Shown one piece after another: positions 58,457-64,000 of a stretch of 64,000 bases of DNA. This DNA comes from Candidatus Onthoplasma sp. Its GTDB lineage: Bacteria; Bacillota; Clostridia; Christensenellales; UBA1242. The DNA is taken from assembly GCA_045578345.1 (NCBI GenBank), contig JAZNKB010000008.1, positions 31,839 through 95,838 of the forward strand, written 5' to 3'. The position numbers and the translations under genes were made by a program. A model generated the notes under the pieces. The model saw only the letters and a program-made list of their open reading frames with translations. It was not told the DNA's origin and ran no database searches. Positions within the stretch are counted from its first letter, which is position 1. The number at the start of each line of letters is the position of its first letter.

Positions 58457-60142
58457 TTATTGAAATGTTGCATTATAACTTTTTAGTTTTATTGTTGGTG
58501 TTAATGTATAAGTTCCAGATGCCACACTTGGAAATGCTGCTTGATTTACAACAGTTAAAACTGAAGTTCCTGAAGAATTTGTTACATTACCATATGAATC
58601 AATTGTATATATTGGTAAAAATGTGTAAGTAACAGTTTGAGAATTTATTGTATAAGAAACAACAGTTGATGTTGATGAGTAAGCAATTGAAACAGTAAAC
58701 TTTTGTCCTGCAGTAACAGTTATAGACGACTGGCTTGGTGCCACACCGTTAACAGTTGCAAAATTCAAGGTGTAAATTAATTGTTTATAAACAGCTTTAT
58801 ATGTTAAATTTGCCGTTTTGTCCCATTTTTTAAAAGTATAGCCAGAAACTATCACTGTTGTAACACTTGTGCCACCTAAAGATATTGTGCGCAATGTGCT
58901 TCCATTAATACTATTATCTAATTCTGTTATAAAACCACTATCGTCTGGAACTGTTGCTGTAACAGTGGACTGAAATCCATTAGAATCCCACTTGGTTGCC
59001 GAAGCAGTTGCCCATGACATAAAAGCTCTAAGATACGGAATGCCCGACTTAAATCTACTATCGTAATACCAATCCTTCCCTGTTTCACACTTTGTCCCAC
59101 CATTACTGCTACAATTACTCCAAGTTCCAAAGTTTGAGTTGTAAACATCCTTAGCATTTTCATGATTGCCAGAATAGATTTGATTACTTTGAACATTTTT
59201 ATATGAAGTATATAATTTTGATGCGGTTGAAACACAATCATATAATTTGAAGAAATGCGCAGAATAACCGTTTCCATCGATTGTACATCCATTCGATTCA
59301 AAAAAACCACTAACATTAAACGTTCCAGTACTTCCAGAGCCAACTGATATATTGCTTGTTAAGCAATTTTGCACAATCAAACATTCATTTTTTGATGGAT
59401 TAAAATATCTAACAGCTCCAATAAGTCCACAAACACGGTGAGTTACGCCATTTTCCTTTGATAAAGCAGTTAAATTTTCAACAATGCAATTTTCAATTGT
59501 TACAGTCTTATCATTATAAATTTCTGCCTGCCCCGCAATGCCACCAACATAGCATGTGTAATTTCCGATCATCCGATCCTCATCATAATTAAAGTTCATA
59601 TTCTGCAATCTAACATTTTTAACAATTACATTTGAGGTTTCTGCCCTTAATATACTAAACAAACCCAATATTGGTCCACCCGATCCTGCTGTTGTATTGT
59701 TGATATATGTATTTAAATTTGATATTGTATGATTATTACCATCAAATGTACCTGAAAATGCTTTTTCTCCATTGTATTTTGAGTCCATAGAAGCACCAAT
59801 TGGTTGCCAATTCCAGTCAGACATATCTATATCGTTGCTTAAATACACATTTTTACCTTCAAATGAATATCCATAAGCAACAGAAACTGAAAATTCATGT
59901 AATCCTGCAGCATTTTTTATTTCAAAATTTTCATTTTCATAACCTGATGAATTATCATCATCAAATCGACTAAAATTAAGCGTGTCAAAAACATATGGAG
60001 AATAAACAGATTTTACAGATTTTTTAGTATCTTGATACTTATCAATAACATAGACCAAAGAAAAAACTATTCCTAAAAGAATTATAGCCAAAAGAAAAGA
60101 TATTAAAAACTTTCTATTTTTAACTGAATTCAAATCAATCAC
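58457..60142 (-). CDS. membrane-anchored surface protein with GLUG-like and Listeria-Bacteroides-type repeat regions
   Basis: N-terminal TM anchor, then FSGTFDGNNHTISNL, GGIAGQ/CGLIGAV and GYTFKKWDK motifs. Ser/Thr-rich beta-type C-terminus. Confidence 0.65.
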   Translation of the reverse strand: MIDLNSVKNRKFLISFLLAIILLGIVFSLVYVIDKYQDTKKSVKSVYSPYVFDTLNFSRFDDDNSSGYENENFEIKNAAGLHEFSVSVAYGYSFEGKNVYLSNDIDMSDWNWQPIGASMDSKYNGEKAFSGTFDGNNHTISNLNTYINNTTAGSGGPILGLFSILRAETSNVIVKNVRLQNMNFNYDEDRMIGNYTCYVGGIAGQAEIYNDKTVTIENCIVENLTALSKENGVTHRVCGLIGAVRYFNPSKNECLIVQNCLTSNISVGSGSTGTFNVSGFFESNGCTIDGNGYSAHFFKLYDCVSTASKLYTSYKNVQSNQIYSGNHENAKDVYNSNFGTWSNCSSNGGTKCETGKDWYYDSRFKSGIPYLRAFMSWATASATKWDSNGFQSTVTATVPDDSGFITELDNSINGSTLRTISLGGTSVTTVIVSGYTFKKWDKTANLTYKAVYKQLIYTLNFATVNGVAPSQSSITVTAGQKFTVSIAYSSTSTVVSYTINSQTVTYTFLPIYTIDSYGNVTNSSGTSVLTVVNQAAFPSVASGTYTLTPTIKLKSYNATFQ

Positions 60143-60231
60143 CGCCCATATTATTTTTTTTATTTTACAAAATTTTTATAACATTTGCAAACTTTTTTAT
60201 AAAAAAACAAAAAAAGATGACTTTCGTCACC

Positions 60232-60840
60232 TTAGTTTGATGAATTTTTAGATTTTGGACCGAGATTGAAAGCTTTTAAGATTTCTTCAAGTTCCATTGT
60301 TGGATGAAGCGCTTCGTTGAAATCAAATCCGCTTGATGATACATTTTCCATAAGTTCATCTGTTGGACCACCTCGTTTTTCGTCCCCTCCGACCTTTTTT
60401 GAATCAAAGCAATCAATGATGTTTCTTAACAATTTTTTAATAGGATCATCAACAACAGGTTGTTTTTTTATGTCTAATGCAACAGTGTCCGCACTCTTTT
60501 CGCTAAGATCGGTGAACACCATTGATTTGAATTTTTGGCTCATATCTTTAAGTTTGGAATCTTTTTTAAGTTCTGGATATTTAAGATACAATTCATTTAT
60601 AACTTGTTCCATTCTTAAATACATAAGTCGGCTTCGTTGAATGTCTAATGAATAAAGTTTTTTTCTGCTTGCTTCAAGTTGATTTGCATGATCAATGCTT
60701 GCAATGATTGCACTTGAAATTGTTTGTTCTTTGTTTTTATATTCATCCACTTGAGCTCTGAGTCTGGCATTTGCCAAACGAAGTTCTCTAACTTGATTTT
60801 CAAGTTCAGCAATTCTGGACGTTTCTTCTCTTCTTTCCAT
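60232..60840 (-). CDS. coiled-coil protein, weakly DivIVA-like
   Basis: N-terminal heptad-rich region (ELENQVRELRLANARLRAQVDEY). Translationally coupled (TAATG) to the upstream gene. Confidence 0.35.
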   Translation of the reverse strand: MERREETSRIAELENQVRELRLANARLRAQVDEYKNKEQTISSAIIASIDHANQLEASRKKLYSLDIQRSRLMYLRMEQVINELYLKYPELKKDSKLKDMSQKFKSMVFTDLSEKSADTVALDIKKQPVVDDPIKKLLRNIIDCFDSKKVGGDEKRGGPTDELMENVSSSGFDFNEALHPTMELEEILKAFNLGPKSKNSSN

Positions 60841-61340
60841 TACTTACTCCTTTTTTTGAATATTAACAAGTTTGCAACAAAATATACAACAAACAATGCA
60901 ATCATCAGACCTATATACCAACCCAATATTAGCACCTTTAAAGCAAAAAGTAAAGTTATTAAGCCAAATCCTAAAAATAAAACACACAATTTGAATTGCA
61001 ATTTATCTTTAAAATATATTCCTGTTACCAAACTTGAAACTGCAACCGCAAACAAATAATAAGGCACAATTTGTTTAACCGTTAGCCATTTATAAGTTTG
61101 TCCGAAATATAGCAACAAATTAAGCAAACCAAACAAAAATAATAGTGTTCCAATAAACATACTACTATCAAGTTTCAGTGTTATAGCCCTTGAAATTAGA
61201 AGCAAACCAATAAGCATAAGTGACACAGCAAAACTTATTCTAAAAAACGGAAAATTGAGTCCTGGGATTAGATCTAAAATAAAACACCCAAGATTCACAA
61301 AAAGCACTGAATAATACAAAATTTTTGATTTCTTACCCAT
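60840..61340 (-). CDS. hypothetical polytopic membrane protein (166 aa)
   Basis: About 5 TM helices. Overlaps the lgt stop by 8 nt. Confidence 0.55.
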   Translation of the reverse strand: MGKKSKILYYSVLFVNLGCFILDLIPGLNFPFFRISFAVSLMLIGLLLISRAITLKLDSSMFIGTLLFLFGLLNLLLYFGQTYKWLTVKQIVPYYLFAVAVSSLVTGIYFKDKLQFKLCVLFLGFGLITLLFALKVLILGWYIGLMIALFVVYFVANLLIFKKRSK

Positions 61341-62136
61341 CTATTTTTTCCTTTTTTGCTTTTATCGACTTATATATATTCCAGCAAAGAATCACAATTC
61401 CAGCAACAACCAAAATCATGCTTAACAGTTGTGAAACTCTAATCCCTGTTGAACCTATATACAGACTATCAGATCTTAACCCTTCAATCCAAGTTCTTCC
61501 AATTCCATACCAAACGAGATACCCTGCCACTGTTGTTCCTGTTTGTTCTGATTTATGATACGTAAACAATAAAATTGCGACACCAATTGCATTCCACAAA
61601 CTCTCATAAAAGAAAGTTGCTTGATACCACGCTTGTTCACTTTCAATCCAAACCGCAAACGGAAACCACATTAAATTCGGATTTGTTATCATGTTTCCAT
61701 AAGCTTCTTGATTGAAGAAATTTCCCCAACGGCCCAATGCCTGACCTAAAATCAAACATGGAGCGCATATGTCCATTAAAACAAAAATTAATTTCCAATT
61801 CTTTTTAATTAGTGCAAAAATTATCACACCAACAACGCCGCCAATCACTCCGCCATAAATTGCAAGTCCACCTTGCTTAATGTTGAATATTTCCCAAAAC
61901 GAGTAATTATATTCATAGAAGAAACAATAATATAGCCTTGCTCCAACAACTGCACACGGCAAAGCAATCAGCGCAAGCATAAATATGTCATCACTTTTTA
62001 TTCCTTTCTTTTTGGCAAGTTTGCACGCAAGAAGAACACCTAAAAGCATAGCAACAGCCATAATCAAGCCATAAAACTTGATTTCCAAACTTCCTATTGA
62101 AAAGCCATCTGCTGGCGGATTATAAATTTTTCCCAT
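61333..62136 (-). CDS. lgt: prolipoprotein diacylglyceryl transferase
   Basis: GGLAIYGGVIGG and GRWGNFFNQEAYG motifs. Start placed at the internal ATG (MGKIYNPP); the ORF is open to 62211. Confidence 0.9.
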   Translation of the reverse strand: MGKIYNPPADGFSIGSLEIKFYGLIMAVAMLLGVLLACKLAKKKGIKSDDIFMLALIALPCAVVGARLYYCFFYEYNYSFWEIFNIKQGGLAIYGGVIGGVVGVIIFALIKKNWKLIFVLMDICAPCLILGQALGRWGNFFNQEAYGNMITNPNLMWFPFAVWIESEQAWYQATFFYESLWNAIGVAILLFTYHKSEQTGTTVAGYLVWYGIGRTWIEGLRSDSLYIGSTGIRVSQLLSMILVVAGIVILCWNIYKSIKAKKEKIDG

Positions 62137-62243
62137 ATCAGCATTATATAAAAAAAACTTACAAAAGGCAAATAAAATGTGGTTCGTTTTTTGTCTTAGG
62201 TTGTCACGCATAACAAAATTTTATATATCGCATATAAAAATAT

Positions 62244-63524
62244 ATGAAATATTTTGGAACTGATGGAATTCGTGGAAAAATTGATGAGAAATTAAGTGTT
62301 AAAACACTAAACAAAGTGGCAAAAGCAATTGTTTTATATCTTAAAAATCAATCAAAAAAGACTTTACTAGTTGGAAATGACAGCAGAAACACCAGTGACT
62401 ATATTTTGGCAATTTTGAGCGCAAAGTTACTGAAAAACGGAATTGAAATTCACAATGTTGGAGTATGTTCGAGTCCGTGTTTAGCATATTTAACAAAAAA
62501 ATATAATTATCCGCTTGGACTTATGCTTTCCGCCTCTCACAATTCCGCCGAATATAACGGACTTAAATTTTTTAATCCTCATGGAGAAAAAGTAACGGAT
62601 GATTTTGAAGAAAAGTTTGAAATTTTAATGGAGAAAAAAACCACGCTAAAAAATAATTGTTTTTCTCATTTAAAGAATTTCGAACATTTAAAGCAGGATT
62701 ACATCAACCACCTTAAAAAACTAAAGAAATTTACAATTCCAATCATTATAGATTGCGCAAATGGTGGAACAAGTGAAATTTGCAATGTTATATTTCCAAA
62801 ATTTGAAAAAATCAACAACAAGCCAAACGGAAAAAATATCAACCACAACTGTGGTTGCACACATATTGAAATGCTTAGAAATTTGTGTGTTAAAAAGCAA
62901 AAAATTGGTTTTGCTTTTGATGGCGATGGAGATAGAGTTCACATTGTAGACATTGATGGTTCAATAATAACTGGAGATAAAATCATCTACATTCTTTCTA
63001 AGTTTTTTTCATCTTCTGGAGATTCTTGTGTTGGAACAATTTACACCAACACAGGTCTTGAAAAGTCATTAAAAAAGCGTAATATAACACTGAAAAGAAG
63101 TGATGTTGGAGATAAAAAAGTTTATGCCCTAATGTCAGCCACCAAAGCTAATATTGGCGGTGAAGATTCTGGGCATATCATCTTAAAACACCTAGCAAAC
63201 ACCGGTGATGGATTGCTTGTTGCAATAACACTTTCTAACATACTTGAAATTGGCAAAACAAGTTTGAGCAAACTGCTTAATACTTATTATGAGCATCACC
63301 AATGCAGAAAAGACATTAAAATAAATGATAAAATAAATGTTGATTCGATTTTGGAAAATCCAAAACTTAAAGAATATATCGAAAATCAAAATAATAGCGC
63401 AAAGATAATCATTCGTCCAAGCGGAACCGAACCTGTTATACGTTTGTTCGTTGAGCATGAAAACAAAGACATTGCGAAACTTACCCTTAATGAATTGATT
63501 AATATAATTAATATGTCATCCTGA
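62244..63524 (+). CDS. glmM: phosphoglucosamine mutase
   Basis: YFGTDGIRG, phosphoserine loop SASHNSAEYNG, FDGDGDR and RPSGTEP motifs. Confidence 0.92.
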   Translation: MKYFGTDGIRGKIDEKLSVKTLNKVAKAIVLYLKNQSKKTLLVGNDSRNTSDYILAILSAKLLKNGIEIHNVGVCSSPCLAYLTKKYNYPLGLMLSASHNSAEYNGLKFFNPHGEKVTDDFEEKFEILMEKKTTLKNNCFSHLKNFEHLKQDYINHLKKLKKFTIPIIIDCANGGTSEICNVIFPKFEKINNKPNGKNINHNCGCTHIEMLRNLCVKKQKIGFAFDGDGDRVHIVDIDGSIITGDKIIYILSKFFSSSGDSCVGTIYTNTGLEKSLKKRNITLKRSDVGDKKVYALMSATKANIGGEDSGHIILKHLANTGDGLLVAITLSNILEIGKTSLSKLLNTYYEHHQCRKDIKINDKINVDSILENPKLKEYIENQNNSAKIIIRPSGTEPVIRLFVEHENKDIAKLTLNELINIINMSS

Positions 63525-63538
63525 GCTAAATAATGTGA
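63515..63538 (+). repeat. partial forward arm of the dispersed repeat family overlapping the glmM stop
   Basis: The arm begins gtcatcctgagc (63515-63526), and the glmM TGA at 63522-63524 lies inside it. Confidence 0.55.
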
Positions 63539-63567
63539 GTTATAAACAATCACCTTTCACACATAAA

Positions 63568-63596
63568 AAAAGAGCGAACTATCGCTCTTTTTCTAT
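63568..63596 (-). terminator. rho-independent terminator
   Basis: Stem agagcga/tcgctct with flanking A- and T-runs. Confidence 0.7.
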
Positions 63597-64000
63597 TCAA
63601 AGGTTGTGTTATATGATTTAACTTTGACCACCGCTGTAACTGAAGATATGTTATCTTCCAAGCAAATTACTTTTGAAGGGTTCCCTGCACTAATAATACT
63701 TGACTTTTCAATTACATAACCCGCATTTGCTGTGTATGTAACACTACGTTGAACATTATCCATATCTATGAAATATATTGTTATTGATTTATAACCTTCT
63801 TTAATATTCTTTGTTCCATATGTAACGCGAACAACTCCACCACAACCAAGATTGTAATTTGTGTTTAAAGACGTGTTAGCCCCACAAGTTGCTGTTGCAT
63901 TGGAAACTGAAGCAAATTTAATATTAAGTGTTTTTCGTTCTATTTCCATTTTATATGATCCAGCATGGCTGGTGCTAGGATTTGGTGTATAATTCCATTT
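63593..64000 (-). CDS. surface-protein paralog (C-terminal part only; the frame continues past the window edge)
   Basis: The frame is open to nt 64000. Its C-terminus VVKVKSYNTTFE parallels IKLKSYNATFQ of the 58457-60142 product. Confidence 0.6.
   Translation of the reverse strand, partial: KWNYTPNPSTSHAGSYKMEIERKTLNIKFASVSNATATCGANTSLNTNYNLGCGGVVRVTYGTKNIKEGYKSITIYFIDMDNVQRSVTYTANAGYVIEKSSIISAGNPSKVICLEDNISSVTAVVKVKSYNTTFE

Overview
This window is an AT-rich chromosomal segment (roughly 30% G+C by eye; only the rRNA genes are clearly GC-richer) from a low-GC Gram-positive bacterium (Bacillota). It carries sporulation genes: spoIVA, whiA, yaaT/ricT and a sigmaE-like promoter. It uses the standard genetic code, and most genes have strong AGGAG-type ribosome-binding sites.

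Gene content is mostly housekeeping:
- Cell wall and envelope: murF-like (5' partial), murB, lgt, glmM.
- tRNA/rRNA modification: a pdp-like/tsaE/tsaB-rimI operon, a YabB-type methyltransferase, rsmI, rsmD.
- DNA repair and replication: nth, uvrC, ogg, dnaE, holB.
- Stress and proteolysis: the ctsR-mcsA-mcsB-clpC operon with a textbook CtsR box.
- Other: class V cysteine desulfurase, obg, yhbY, pnuC, a PHP phosphatase, a ThyX-like gene, pfkA, greA, nfeD-floA, and rplJ-rplL behind a long attenuator leader.
- A 23S-5S rRNA operon on the minus strand with no 16S gene and no tRNAs attached.

I found no CRISPR array, tRNA, transposase, integrase, phage structural gene or recognisable defence gene. 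I cannot point to a convincing new multi-gene system.

The observations most worth a second look are:
1. A dispersed palindromic repeat family (GTCATnnTGAGCGAA...GTCGAAnnATCC) with at least eight arms. One arm sits in frame inside uvrC, and another supplies the glmM stop codon.
2. A 23S-5S operon unlinked from 16S, bracketed by a perfect 20-nt long-range stem.
3. An mcsB whose phosphagen-kinase active-site residues look degenerate, inside an otherwise canonical operon.
4. An internally duplicated ThyX-like protein with the ThyX signature split between its halves, behind an 18-bp perfect palindrome.
5. A family of small proteins. One copy lies next to a 39-bp duplication of the yhbY 3' end. Two more lie in a four-gene accessory operon beside the rRNA operon.
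6. Several smaller items: degenerate or decorated enzymes (an ABC-like ATPase, a MurB insert, a MurF-like N-terminus), candidate leaderless promoters, and a membrane-anchored Lys/Ala/Pro-rich tandem-repeat protein.

All homology calls come from reading motifs by eye and from remembered reference sequences. No database search was run.
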